From contig JAPLJZ010000245.1 of the NCBI GenBank assembly GCA_026388335.1, forward strand, positions 3,137-67,136: DNA of 64,000 nt. Reading direction: 5' to 3'. A model generated the notes under the pieces. The model had not been told where the DNA came from and did no database searches. It saw only the letters and a list, made by a program, of their open reading frames with translations. Source of the stretch: Deltaproteobacteria bacterium. Its GTDB lineage: Bacteria; Desulfobacterota; Syntrophia; Syntrophales; UBA8958. Shown here in pieces: positions 39,614-49,549 of the stretch (position 1 is its first letter; each line of letters opens with the position of its first letter). Position numbers and translations under genes: made by a program.

Positions 39614-41150
39614 CAGTGCCTTCCTCCATCAGCCCATACCTGCAGAGAATCCTGAAATATTTATCAATCTTTCCTTCATAATCCTCTCCCCCGTAATGCA
39701 TCCGGAGCAGTCTGGAAATTTCCGCTGTCCCTCTCGATCCACAATAATTAAGAGCTGCATCAATTTTATGAAAGAACAGAGGGTCCTGTTGCAATTCTCC
39801 GGTAATTTCTTCCTTTTCCGTTGCAGTTATTATTTCAAAGAGGCGGTTGCGGCAAAGCGGTGCCTTGAAACGCCTGTTAAAACGGCGTCCTGTTTCCCAT
39901 CCCGATTGACGTGGTTCACATCCGGACATGAAATGGAATCTCTCACTGGCCGACTGATAAACATCACGCAATGAAGTCTGCCAGAATCCGCTATCCATTG
40001 ATGAAGCAAGGCTCCAGATGTTTTTCAATCTCAAAGTCGAGACAGTGAAGACATGGTGGAGACGGAAAGAATAATCATCAGGAGCTATCGTACTGTTTTT
40101 CGTTAACCCCATCAAAATTTGATTGGCCTGCTCGTCAAAATGGTTCAGGGTCAATTGCGAAAATCGGTTCAATGCAGTGGGATCATCATCGCAGACATCA
40201 TTCAATGCATGCACCACCGTTGTGAAAAATATTTTTAAGGTCTCCGGGGAAATCTTGTCCGCTGTGTCATTTCGCGTATGATAGAAGGGATCTGGATAGG
40301 TGTTGAGACAGCTTGCGGGTATCCCGATGGTTGCATCATTTAGTATATAATGATCGCTACCGCCCGTATAGTATTGGAAATCGCAACGGTAAACCGGGAG
40401 AGAATTCCCGATTTCGCGGTAGTTTCCCCCACGTGCGACTTCCTTCAATCGGTGCCTCAGAAGCAGATCGAGGGAAGAGACATGATGGTGCGGGATTTCA
40501 TCCACAATCAGGGTGCTGCCACTTATATTCTGATCTGCCCCAACCATGTCAAGAGAGATGCCGGCCATTATGCCGCCCAATTCTTTCTCATACCGGTGGC
40601 AGTATGCGACGGTTCCGAAATATTCAACTGTGAAGAGAAAGCGAAGAGAAATTTTCGGACGACACTTCACATAGTAATTGATGAGTTCCATCATCATGGC
40701 CGCACCGGAGGCATTGTCATTGGCCGATGGCTTCGGGTGATCCAGATGTGCCACGATTATAATTTCACGATCCCCTTTTCCTGGCACATGGACATCAAGG
40801 CTCTTCATCGACCGGTGGTTGGGAATTTCAATGATAGAAGGCCGGTCTGTATCCCTCCAGAAATTCATCGACGAAGGAACTTTCCAGCCCCAGTGTTCTG
40901 CCCCCGGCTCGTATTCCTCGATACGGATCCATTCTGCAGGACAGGTTATGTTTTGGGTGATGTAATTCAAAGCATCATCATAGCCTGTACTGCACATAAC
41001 CCGGTCAAAATCGCTTAGTTTATCAATATGCCGGATAATACTATTGATATGAAATGGAATAGTCGAGAACTCCTTTTTTAGCCCCTGATAATCATCACAA
41101 ACCTTGGACGTTGAACCACACACCTTATGTTTAAAAAGGTTTTTGCTCAT
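39603..41150 (-). CDS. M28-family metallopeptidase-like (DUF4910) protein
   Basis: AHLDHP..ANDNASG, EYFG, SLDMVG, GSDH, YHT.ND. Confidence 0.8.
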   Translation of the reverse strand: MSKNLFKHKVCGSTSKVCDDYQGLKKEFSTIPFHINSIIRHIDKLSDFDRVMCSTGYDDALNYITQNITCPAEWIRIEEYEPGAEHWGWKVPSSMNFWRDTDRPSIIEIPNHRSMKSLDVHVPGKGDREIIIVAHLDHPKPSANDNASGAAMMMELINYYVKCRPKISLRFLFTVEYFGTVAYCHRYEKELGGIMAGISLDMVGADQNISGSTLIVDEIPHHHVSSLDLLLRHRLKEVARGGNYREIGNSLPVYRCDFQYYTGGSDHYILNDATIGIPASCLNTYPDPFYHTRNDTADKISPETLKIFFTTVVHALNDVCDDDPTALNRFSQLTLNHFDEQANQILMGLTKNSTIAPDDYSFRLHHVFTVSTLRLKNIWSLASSMDSGFWQTSLRDVYQSASERFHFMSGCEPRQSGWETGRRFNRRFKAPLCRNRLFEIITATEKEEITGELQQDPLFFHKIDAALNYCGSRGTAEISRLLRMHYGGEDYEGKIDKYFRILCRYGLMEEGTDDL

Positions 41151-42259
41151 ATACTTTTGAAAACGTAGGACAGATATCCCTGACTCCTCAGAAAATAGTC
41201 TGTTTCATAGGTGCATAACAAATTATACTGACTGCCAAGCGACTCTGTATAATAATTATCAGAGATCGGAATCTTCGTTCCATCTTTTCCCTTTGGTAGG
41301 GCGTTAATGTAAATCCACCGAGGGTTTATCGTCTTGACCAATCGGAGATAATTGACAACGACATTGGGCTCCATCTCCTGAAAAGATGCGCTGTTCCAAA
41401 AGATATCCATTTTCACATCGGACCAGACCGGCATAAACCAGGACGGCAGAAGAACGATCTTCCCCTTTACACAATCAGGCATACTTCTGCCGGACGTCGG
41501 CTTCAGGAGAACGGCCTCATTGTATTTGATTAGACGATTGCCGAAAACCTCAGACAGATACTGATGAGCCACATAGAGCTGCGGCGGAATATCAAACACA
41601 AAAAAAGTTGCTTCGGGGAAAAGCTGAGCCAAAACCTCTACATTTCTTCCCAGACCAGATCCCAGTTCACAAAAGACCATGTCCGACCCAAATGTAATGT
41701 GTCGTGCGGCATCTATAAACATCGAACAGTATTGAAGATGGGCTAAAGACCAGAAGGTTCCCCCTAATTCTATCAAGTCCTCCGGGTTACCCCATAGACT
41801 CACCGGGCACTTTTGAATATCCAATCCTAAATTTTCATATTTATATTTTACCATTCTGTAGAAGTATTTTGTTATCTCTTCAGGATCATGAACAATATTC
41901 GGATTAAAGGTGAAATAACATTCCTCGAAAATCTGTGTGACCCGGAGCAATCCTCTATTTATTCTCCACAAACCGCGAAATTGGACAGGAGGTTCAAAGC
42001 GAATATTTCCTTTGATTGCCAAGTCAACAGCCCCAAAGGATGATAGAATGCTTCCTTTTCTCCTGCGAAAATCTTTCAACCCAACATGCTGGAGTTCCCT
42101 CACAAAAGTTCTTTCCCCAACAGTCCAATAAAGCGTGGGCTGGTATAATGGATCGCACTTGAACCTTGCATCCATCATTTCAGCCAACAACGGGAGATTA
42201 TCCCGAACTTGATAATTTGCTGCAGTCATAATCAATTCATATCGGATTTGGTTGCCCAC
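41147..42259 (-). CDS. Putative sugar O-methyltransferase (NanM-like)
   Basis: PTLYW, GNP, ELGSGLG, DIPPQL, NSASFQEM. Confidence 0.8.
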   Translation of the reverse strand: MGNQIRYELIMTAANYQVRDNLPLLAEMMDARFKCDPLYQPTLYWTVGERTFVRELQHVGLKDFRRRKGSILSSFGAVDLAIKGNIRFEPPVQFRGLWRINRGLLRVTQIFEECYFTFNPNIVHDPEEITKYFYRMVKYKYENLGLDIQKCPVSLWGNPEDLIELGGTFWSLAHLQYCSMFIDAARHITFGSDMVFCELGSGLGRNVEVLAQLFPEATFFVFDIPPQLYVAHQYLSEVFGNRLIKYNEAVLLKPTSGRSMPDCVKGKIVLLPSWFMPVWSDVKMDIFWNSASFQEMEPNVVVNYLRLVKTINPRWIYINALPKGKDGTKIPISDNYYTESLGSQYNLLCTYETDYFLRSQGYLSYVFKSI

Positions 42260-42278
42260 AAGTTTTGCTCTGTTTTAT

Positions 42279-42923
42279 TCATTTGGAAAAAAGGCACAAC
42301 ATTCGATCCCGGCCGGCCAACGGTTCCACAAAAACATTGTATTGGAAGAAGGGCGATTTGCCGCTTATCCTTTTCATATCGTCAAAGGTAATCGGGCAGT
42401 AGAGGTAACTCACGTTTTCAACATAAATACACTTGCTATCATCGGGCTCTTGCTGAAAAGGACATTCGATCAAAGCGCTTCCGCCTTTTTTCAAGATGCG
42501 GTGCATCTCCTGCAAAAATGTTACTTGCTCAGACTCTGTAATAAGAAAATTGAAGCTTGCCCAGACACAGAAGCAGAAATCGAACACCGCTTCTTGGAAG
42601 GGAAGTTCTTTCATGTTGGCAACGAACAGTGAGCGTTGAGGAATGCCATATTCTTGAAAAAGGCTGATCCCTTTAAATATCAGTACATCGGAGATATCTA
42701 TTCCTGTTACGTCATATCCGTCCTTCACCAGAGGGATGGTCAGGCGGCCGTAGCCGCAACAGATATCCAAGACCTTATCGCAGGGTTTGAGGTAGTCGCG
42801 GAGGACATTTAGCAGGGCATCCGTGTAAGCCGGGTCGGCCCTGTCCATGAGCCAGTCAGGACCAACCGTCTCGTAGAGCTTGCGGGTCTTTAGGTCATTG
42901 TTATCAATAACATTTGTCATCAA
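42279..42923 (-). CDS. Class I SAM-dependent methyltransferase
   Basis: VLDICCGYGR, GIDIS, LKKGG. Confidence 0.88.
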   Translation of the reverse strand: MMTNVIDNNDLKTRKLYETVGPDWLMDRADPAYTDALLNVLRDYLKPCDKVLDICCGYGRLTIPLVKDGYDVTGIDISDVLIFKGISLFQEYGIPQRSLFVANMKELPFQEAVFDFCFCVWASFNFLITESEQVTFLQEMHRILKKGGSALIECPFQQEPDDSKCIYVENVSYLYCPITFDDMKRISGKSPFFQYNVFVEPLAGRDRMLCLFSK

Positions 42924-44692
42924 TTACTTTTTCGAAGAATCAAAAAATCGTCGAATATGAGACCGTCAAGATCCGAGTTTTCGAAGGTGTGGAGGGCATC
43001 TTCAGGGGAGCAGACCACAGGCTCGCCATGAAGATTGAAAGACGTGTTCAGAAGGGCTCCTATTCCCGTCAGGCGCTCGAATTCCTCGATCAGGTCAAAG
43101 TATGGCGGATTGGCCTCCCGCTCCAGAACCTGGGGCCGGACCGTAAAGTCTGCAGGATGTATTGCCGCGGCAAGGTCCTTGCGCGCCAGTTCCGTGGAGT
43201 CAAAGGCCATGGTCATGAAAGGTGATTTCAGGGGAGACACAAGGTAATCTCCCGCACGATGCTCCAGGATCGTTGGCGTGAAGGGCATCCAAAAATCCCG
43301 ACGCTTAATCTGCCGGTTGATCTTCTGCACATTACCGAAATACGAGGGATTGGCAAGAATCGACCGGTTGCCGAGCGCCCGCTGTCCGAACTCCATACGT
43401 CCTGTGCATCTGGCCAATATCAAATTATCCTTGAGGGCAACGGCGATATCATGAACAGCAGGCGTTTCGATAACTTTGTATTTTCTTGCGACATCGAAAC
43501 CGGCCATGGCCATTTCCACATCCCCCTTTCCGAATGATAGGCCAAGATAGATGTTGTTTATCGGATGGGGAGTAACGTCAGGATGAAATTTTCTTAAGAG
43601 GCGATAGCCCGCCCCGATCGCTAGCGAACCGTCACCGCTAATGGGATTGACATGGACGGATTCCACTTCGGCCATGTCTTTGATGGCCTTCATGGCCTTG
43701 ATATTTTGAGCAACGCCACCACTGAAAACAATATTACGAATGTTTGTCTTCTTAATATGGAACAGAACCCACTCTTTGAGACAACTTTCAAGATACTCCT
43801 GGAGGGCTGCGGCTATTCCGTCAAAGCGGTGGCCTTGGAAGGCCTGAATAAAGTGGAAATAGGAGTCCGGTATCTTGCGATTGACAACCAAGTTCCCTTC
43901 TTTGACCTGCAGCAGATCTTGAAAAACAGAAAGACTCCTGTTTTTTTCATAGGCGCTTGAATAGGGGGCGAGCCCCATGACCTTATACTCGTGCTGATTG
44001 GGCTTCATGCCAAGAAGCAGAGTGATATATCTATAAAAATGGGCGAGATGATTCTCCTTCGTGTTGCAAATTTCTCTTATGCCGTCAGCATCAGCAATAC
44101 TGACCGTTGCATTCGAATAATCACCCTCTCCCTCGCAAGTAAAAACCAGTGCCTTGTCCCGGATGGGAGCGCCATAATAACCGTAATGGGAATGGCATTC
44201 CTCATGGGGAATAAAATGAATCCTATCAAGTGAAATGTTCAGGTGCTGAGCTATTGCTTCGGCCCGGACCTTCCGGAATTCATCGTGGTCGACGTTTCCT
44301 TTTTCATCAAATACACGTGAAAAATCATAGTGTTGATCGTGGATGTACCGGGGATTATTGGAAAAGATTTCATGGTAAGAAACGGATTCACCCGCCAGCC
44401 TCCTCTTCCAGTACAGGTTCTGTTCATCGACCCAGTCCTGTATGGAAAAGCTCGCCTCCCTTTTGATCCGGATATGCGCTGCCGGTGAATACAGGGTGGC
44501 AAAAGCCACGGCATCGACTTCCGTTCCTTTCAGGCCGGCAAAAGCCAGACAAAATTCAACAGCCCGACGGGGATATCCCATATCACATTTAAACCGCGTC
44601 AGGCGTTCTTCAGCGCAGGCTGCTACCAATGTGCCGTCGACAAAAAGACAGGCTGCCGCCTCATGAGGGTCACTGATTCCAAGAATGATCAT
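42920..44692 (-). CDS. Carbamoyltransferase (NodU/CmcH/TobZ family) #3
   Basis: EERLTR.K, EYKVMGLA, SGGVAQN, EFGQRALGNRS, LNTSFNLHGEP. Confidence 0.92.
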   Translation of the reverse strand: MIILGISDPHEAAACLFVDGTLVAACAEERLTRFKCDMGYPRRAVEFCLAFAGLKGTEVDAVAFATLYSPAAHIRIKREASFSIQDWVDEQNLYWKRRLAGESVSYHEIFSNNPRYIHDQHYDFSRVFDEKGNVDHDEFRKVRAEAIAQHLNISLDRIHFIPHEECHSHYGYYGAPIRDKALVFTCEGEGDYSNATVSIADADGIREICNTKENHLAHFYRYITLLLGMKPNQHEYKVMGLAPYSSAYEKNRSLSVFQDLLQVKEGNLVVNRKIPDSYFHFIQAFQGHRFDGIAAALQEYLESCLKEWVLFHIKKTNIRNIVFSGGVAQNIKAMKAIKDMAEVESVHVNPISGDGSLAIGAGYRLLRKFHPDVTPHPINNIYLGLSFGKGDVEMAMAGFDVARKYKVIETPAVHDIAVALKDNLILARCTGRMEFGQRALGNRSILANPSYFGNVQKINRQIKRRDFWMPFTPTILEHRAGDYLVSPLKSPFMTMAFDSTELARKDLAAAIHPADFTVRPQVLEREANPPYFDLIEEFERLTGIGALLNTSFNLHGEPVVCSPEDALHTFENSDLDGLIFDDFLILRKSN

Positions 44693-44731
44693 AATCTTCT
44701 TCTGCCATTCATCTTCAAAACGTTCACCTTG

Positions 44732-45451
44732 CTATTCTTCCGTATATTGCTTGTATTCCATTTTCAACAGCTTTTCCTTAACCTTGGCGAGGGTATCATT
44801 ATCCATAACGTTGTGGTAACTTCCCTTATCAGATGCAGCGGAAGTTCCCTTAAGCCCACTTTCCAAAAGCTTGATACCCTTAACCAGCACACCAGCACCG
44901 TGGCTGAACATTCTGGCACGCACGGATTCGTAAGAATCACCCCGTTTGATCGGTAATACTTCACTGTATAGAATAGGCCCGCCATCGATCTCAGGCGTTA
45001 CGAAATGACATGTAGTTCCCACAAAGTCGTCATGATAAAGCGCCCACTCCACTGCCGAACAACCCCTGTATTGAGGCAGCAGACCGGGATGGATGTTAAG
45101 GGTGCCAATAACCGGTATTGATAGGATTTGCGGCATTATGATGTCTGCCCCCCCTAAAACCAACAGATCAGGTTTCAGACGCAGTATAATCGCTTCTGAA
45201 GTTAAAGAGTTATGGCTGGACACGAAATAAAAAGGCAGCAAATGAGGTACCGTTACTTCAGTGATAGGAGGTATACGGTAGTGTCCGATGGTCCGCTCCC
45301 GAAATATTTCCTGCTCCTTTCGGTAAATCTCCGGATCATGGGAACAGATGACCGCTTTTAGATCCATTCCCTGAGAAAGAAGGGCGCGAATCATCTCAAG
45401 GCCCCAAGGGTTTTCAAATGTTGTCATGATAACAATTTTCATGGATTTCAC
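44732..45451 (-). CDS. Formyltransferase (single Formyl_trans_N domain), putative sugar N-formyltransferase
   Basis: LNIHPGLLPQYRG, GTTCH...IDGGPI. Confidence 0.88.
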   Translation of the reverse strand: MKSMKIVIMTTFENPWGLEMIRALLSQGMDLKAVICSHDPEIYRKEQEIFRERTIGHYRIPPITEVTVPHLLPFYFVSSHNSLTSEAIILRLKPDLLVLGGADIIMPQILSIPVIGTLNIHPGLLPQYRGCSAVEWALYHDDFVGTTCHFVTPEIDGGPILYSEVLPIKRGDSYESVRARMFSHGAGVLVKGIKLLESGLKGTSAASDKGSYHNVMDNDTLAKVKEKLLKMEYKQYTEE

Positions 45452-45452
45452 T

Positions 45453-46562
45453 TTATTTCAGGTTGATAGTACTCAATATGAAATCGGATATATTATAAGC
45501 GGATAGCATCCGACGTTTTGTTGGCAGGTGAGGCGAATCGTTTTTTTTCATTTTTAAAGAGTCTTCAATATCGGCTTGATTCCGCAGATGTTTCACCCAG
45601 CCTAGCCTCACCCCGATAAACGACTGCTCGTCATCTCCAGGGATGACTGAATATACAGGGAGACCGAGGACGGCAGCCTCGAGAAGCAACAGAGAACTTA
45701 TACCCAAGACGAGTTTCGCGCTGAGCATCAGGTCAAACCGGTCAATTTCATCTTTAACGGAGACAATCTTTAATGCCCTGTATGCCCTCAACATCGGGGC
45801 ATACTTGGACGAATCTTCCCGGGGATGCAACTTGATGACCAGCGGCGGGCGTATTTCCTTTCCCAGTTGCAGCAGAGTACTGCAGATCCGCTCAAGGATC
45901 GAAAACTCGGAGTAACCCAGGTCCTTGCTACCATGATCGGACTCCACAGGCTCGGATACGAAGAGCACATAATCTCGGTCATCCTTCAGTGCCAACTGCT
46001 GTAGGATTTGGCTGCGTTTCTTTTCCGAAAAATATTGCGCCGCCTTGCCTGCAACATCTAAGGCTGGATGCCCGGAAACAACAATTTGCCGCCCGGGGAT
46101 ACCCATATCCAACAGGTCCCGCTGGGCAATTTCATCAGGGACAAAGATAGTATCGGGCACCGCGTTCAGATACCCAGAGGAGTCCTGGAACCGGACGCGG
46201 TATTCGCACCAGTGATCCAGCACAGAGAAGGAGGGAACGCCCTGTTCTCTGGCCTTTCTTACGAAGGACCTTTCCAGGTTCCCGCTGATGCTGGTCCCTG
46301 CAAGCACAAAGGCATATTGGCGCAGATCGAGCTTATCGTAATCCTCCGGCGAGACCTCTTCGTCGACAATTGTTTTCCGGGCTGACCGCGCCGCTAGGTT
46401 AAAAAACGGAAAGGAATTGTGGGTAAGAACAAGATCGAAGAATATTTCCGGGGTTTTTTCAATAAATGTTTTAGTAACGGGCAGCACTACGCGAGCTCCG
46501 CCAGGATGGTTGCAAACGGCCAAAGCCTTGAGTTTCTTTCCTTCTCTGCGTAAACTATGCAT
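45453..46562 (-). CDS. Hypothetical GT-B-like polysaccharide biosynthesis protein
   Basis: HPGGA, LDHW..Y..RF, SGHP, KLHPRE, SLLLLEA...GLP. Confidence 0.55.
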   Translation of the reverse strand: MHSLRREGKKLKALAVCNHPGGARVVLPVTKTFIEKTPEIFFDLVLTHNSFPFFNLAARSARKTIVDEEVSPEDYDKLDLRQYAFVLAGTSISGNLERSFVRKAREQGVPSFSVLDHWCEYRVRFQDSSGYLNAVPDTIFVPDEIAQRDLLDMGIPGRQIVVSGHPALDVAGKAAQYFSEKKRSQILQQLALKDDRDYVLFVSEPVESDHGSKDLGYSEFSILERICSTLLQLGKEIRPPLVIKLHPREDSSKYAPMLRAYRALKIVSVKDEIDRFDLMLSAKLVLGISSLLLLEAAVLGLPVYSVIPGDDEQSFIGVRLGWVKHLRNQADIEDSLKMKKNDSPHLPTKRRMLSAYNISDFILSTINLK

Positions 46563-47835
46563 TCACGCCCTTTTTCCGGAGGGCATATTCCTCGATTTTA
46601 CGAAACATGACCCCGATCCGGTCCATGTGCTGTTCCTCCAGTTCATAGGAACAGATTTCAAAGGTCAGGCACCTGGATTCATAAAAAGCTTCCGCTTGCG
46701 GGCAGCTCCCTCTCCGGTAATTTTCGCTGTTCTGATTCGAAAGGGACTGGGTAAAGGGAAATCCCTGCTCTCCGTAAACGATCTTTTTCCGGTAGATGTC
46801 CTGCCAGTACAGCGGACGATAGCTCTCGGTGATCGGCAGGTTTTCCGCCTGCGTCATGCGAAGCATATCTCCTTTTGTTATGCCTATCCATCCTAAATCC
46901 ATCTGCATGGGGAAATCGTAATAAGAATGTTCACAACCCTCTTCAACGAGAGGAGCCCTGACCCAGTCAAAGGCTTCCAGTATATGGGAAAGGCGGTTTG
47001 CAAGTCTTCTCCTCTTTTCTACAAGCCCCGGAAGTTTCTTTGTCTGTTCAAGAGCAATAGCCGCTTGGAGTTCCGTGAGCCGAAAGTTCCATCCCACGAT
47101 ATTGGATAGATTCCCTCTTGTCCCCTTCACCTCACCATGATTGCGGATCAGAGCCAGTCTCTCACGTAACTCCGCATCACGTGTGACGGCCACACCTCCC
47201 TCACCACAATTGGCATGTTTGTGGAAGTTGAAGCTGAAGACACCGATATCACCGAATGATCCTGTAAAAGATCCGCGATACATGGCGAAAGGACTCTGGG
47301 CGCAATCCTCGATGACACGGAGGCGGCGTTCCCTGGCGATAGCCATCAGTTCATCCATGCGGGCCGGGTGGCCGTAAAGATGGACAATCATGAGAGCCTT
47401 CGTTTTTGCCGATATCCGGGAGCGGACGGACTCGGGATCCAGCCCGTAGGTCCGTTCTTCAACGTCGGCAAAAACGGGAACAGCGTTATAAGCCAGTACC
47501 GCAGCAGCGCTGGCGGACATGGTTTGCGCAGGTACAATCACTTCGTCCCCCAGACCGAGATTCAGGGCGCCCACCGCTGCAACGAGACCCGACGTTGCCG
47601 AATTAAAAGAAACGGCACACGGCATCCCGAGCGATCCGGCGAAGAGAGATTCGAATCCCCGGACAACTGGTCCTCCGTAAAAGCGGTCATCTCCGCAGGC
47701 GACGAAACCGGATAGGCTCCCCGATTCCATCACCCGGAGCGCAGCATCCTTTTCCTCCTGCCCAATGGAAACGTAGGGCCTGAGCGGCTGTGGCTGAACC
47801 GGTCTTCCTCCGAACAGTGCTAACGGTTCCGGCAT
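46555..47835 (-). CDS. DegT/DnrJ-family aminotransferase
   Basis: NSATSGL, IEDCAQS, FSFNFHKH, GEGG. Confidence 0.92.
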   Translation of the reverse strand: MPEPLALFGGRPVQPQPLRPYVSIGQEEKDAALRVMESGSLSGFVACGDDRFYGGPVVRGFESLFAGSLGMPCAVSFNSATSGLVAAVGALNLGLGDEVIVPAQTMSASAAAVLAYNAVPVFADVEERTYGLDPESVRSRISAKTKALMIVHLYGHPARMDELMAIARERRLRVIEDCAQSPFAMYRGSFTGSFGDIGVFSFNFHKHANCGEGGVAVTRDAELRERLALIRNHGEVKGTRGNLSNIVGWNFRLTELQAAIALEQTKKLPGLVEKRRRLANRLSHILEAFDWVRAPLVEEGCEHSYYDFPMQMDLGWIGITKGDMLRMTQAENLPITESYRPLYWQDIYRKKIVYGEQGFPFTQSLSNQNSENYRRGSCPQAEAFYESRCLTFEICSYELEEQHMDRIGVMFRKIEEYALRKKGVNA

Positions 47836-48803
47836 TCCAGTTCCCTTATTAATTTAAGATAATTAAGAGTCCGGCAGGCATCTTCGGCTGTGCAACGGAA
47901 AAGACCGGGATAGTTTCCCAAGATGCCCTTAATGATATCATTGATGACCAAAGCCATATTTTCATACTGGTGGCTGGGGATGGCTTCCGGCTCGGGAGAA
48001 AGATACCGATACCCGTCCAGAAATGGATGACTCACGGCCTTTGAAAGCAAGATGCGATTGGTCAGGTCCGTAATGATGATTTTACCTCCCTCCAAGAACA
48101 TTGTGTATTCGAAGATGCTGTAACAGCATTCACGCAATCCTTGAAATACAACCTGAAATCCGGGATAGAGGAATACAAAATTGCACGTGGGATCATCGGG
48201 AACCTCGGTAAATTCAGATAGTTTAAGGATATCCATTGGCTCTCCGAACAACTGTAGAGTCAGGTCAACAATGTGAATGCCATTATGCAGGAGCCCTTTG
48301 GCATAAACGGCGCTCACGGTCTGAACCGGCCCGAGGGTTCCCTGTTCGAGTTTATTCCAGATTTTCTGAATTCCAGGTTCCCAGCGAAGCACATGATTTA
48401 TGAGGAGCGTTTTCCCGGAACGCCTGTAAAGATCGGAGATCTCAACCGCTCTACCCAGGTCCTCGACGAACGGTTTTTCGCAGAGCACGTATGGAATGTT
48501 CGTGTCGAGAGCACGGAGCAGATCCTTTTCATGAACCGGCGTGGGCGTACAAATGGAGAAGATGTCCGGGCGGTGACGAGCCAGGAGATCATCGCTACTT
48601 TCGAAACATTCGATCCCTGATCCCCATTTGAGGGTAAATTGCTCAAGCTTGGATGGATCCTTGTCACATACGGCAATAAGGTCGATGTGCGGGTTTAGCA
48701 GATACGCCTTCGCATGTGAATAAATATATCGGTCTTCGAGGCTGTTATCGTAGCTGCTTCCGATCTTCCCACAGCCGATGATAGCAGCTTTAAGTCGTTT
48801 CAC
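47820..48803 (-). CDS. Gfo/Idh/MocA oxidoreductase
   Basis: GCGKIG, CTPT..H, CEKP, HNGIH. Confidence 0.88.
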   Translation of the reverse strand: MKRLKAAIIGCGKIGSSYDNSLEDRYIYSHAKAYLLNPHIDLIAVCDKDPSKLEQFTLKWGSGIECFESSDDLLARHRPDIFSICTPTPVHEKDLLRALDTNIPYVLCEKPFVEDLGRAVEISDLYRRSGKTLLINHVLRWEPGIQKIWNKLEQGTLGPVQTVSAVYAKGLLHNGIHIVDLTLQLFGEPMDILKLSEFTEVPDDPTCNFVFLYPGFQVVFQGLRECCYSIFEYTMFLEGGKIIITDLTNRILLSKAVSHPFLDGYRYLSPEPEAIPSHQYENMALVINDIIKGILGNYPGLFRCTAEDACRTLNYLKLIRELECRNR

Positions 48804-49549
48804 GGCCTCTTGCTCTTGCGTTTAATTTGTTCGTTAATGCTGGCGATATCGGGGGATTCAAGAAGATAATGGATCACATCACCTGTAGAAAAATCAGGAT
48901 TTCTCGGATAGAGATGTTCGAAGACATTCCTGATTACTGCGTAATCCTCCGGTGTGTCCAGGGTGACTTGCATCTCCGGATAGCTGAGGTCAGGTGGCGC
49001 GCTGACATTGTACAGCCGAAACCTTTCTGGGCGCTCCACAAGATAGGTCGTCACGTGCTCCCGGTCCACTTCATCGAGGTCCGGCTCATCAAGGGTCGAT
49101 GCCAGCAGGTTAACGGACATGACGGCAACATCGAATCCGATTGGGTAGGTCCTGACCAGGTCGTTGGCGATGTAGTCCCACTTATCTTCGAGATATTTCT
49201 GTACACATGCGTCGATGAGCCGATGGTCCATGAGGGGACAATCCCCCGTCAACTGCACAAGGATGTCTGCCCTGCGGGAACGCGCCGTATCAACGACGCG
49301 AGAGAGGACATCGTCTTCACTGCCCCGATAATGGGGCACTCCGATTTTCTCAGCCAAATCAATTATGGGGTCATCCCCAGAACCATCAGGAAGAGCGATT
49401 ACGACTTCATCGAGATATCTGGATCTCTGTACCCGCTCGATCATATGCTGAAGCAGCGGCTTATCGAGAACCGGTAGGAGAACTTTTCCCGGAAGCCTAC
49501 TGCTGGCCATGCGCGCCTCAATGGTGGCGATAATTTTCCTGCGGTTCAT
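48800..49549 (-). CDS. spsF: SpsF-like cytidylyltransferase
   Basis: IEARMASSRLPGKVL, YRGSEDDVL, TGDCP, REHVT. Confidence 0.88.
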   Translation of the reverse strand: MNRRKIIATIEARMASSRLPGKVLLPVLDKPLLQHMIERVQRSRYLDEVVIALPDGSGDDPIIDLAEKIGVPHYRGSEDDVLSRVVDTARSRRADILVQLTGDCPLMDHRLIDACVQKYLEDKWDYIANDLVRTYPIGFDVAVMSVNLLASTLDEPDLDEVDREHVTTYLVERPERFRLYNVSAPPDLSYPEMQVTLDTPEDYAVIRNVFEHLYPRNPDFSTGDVIHYLLESPDIASINEQIKRKSKRP

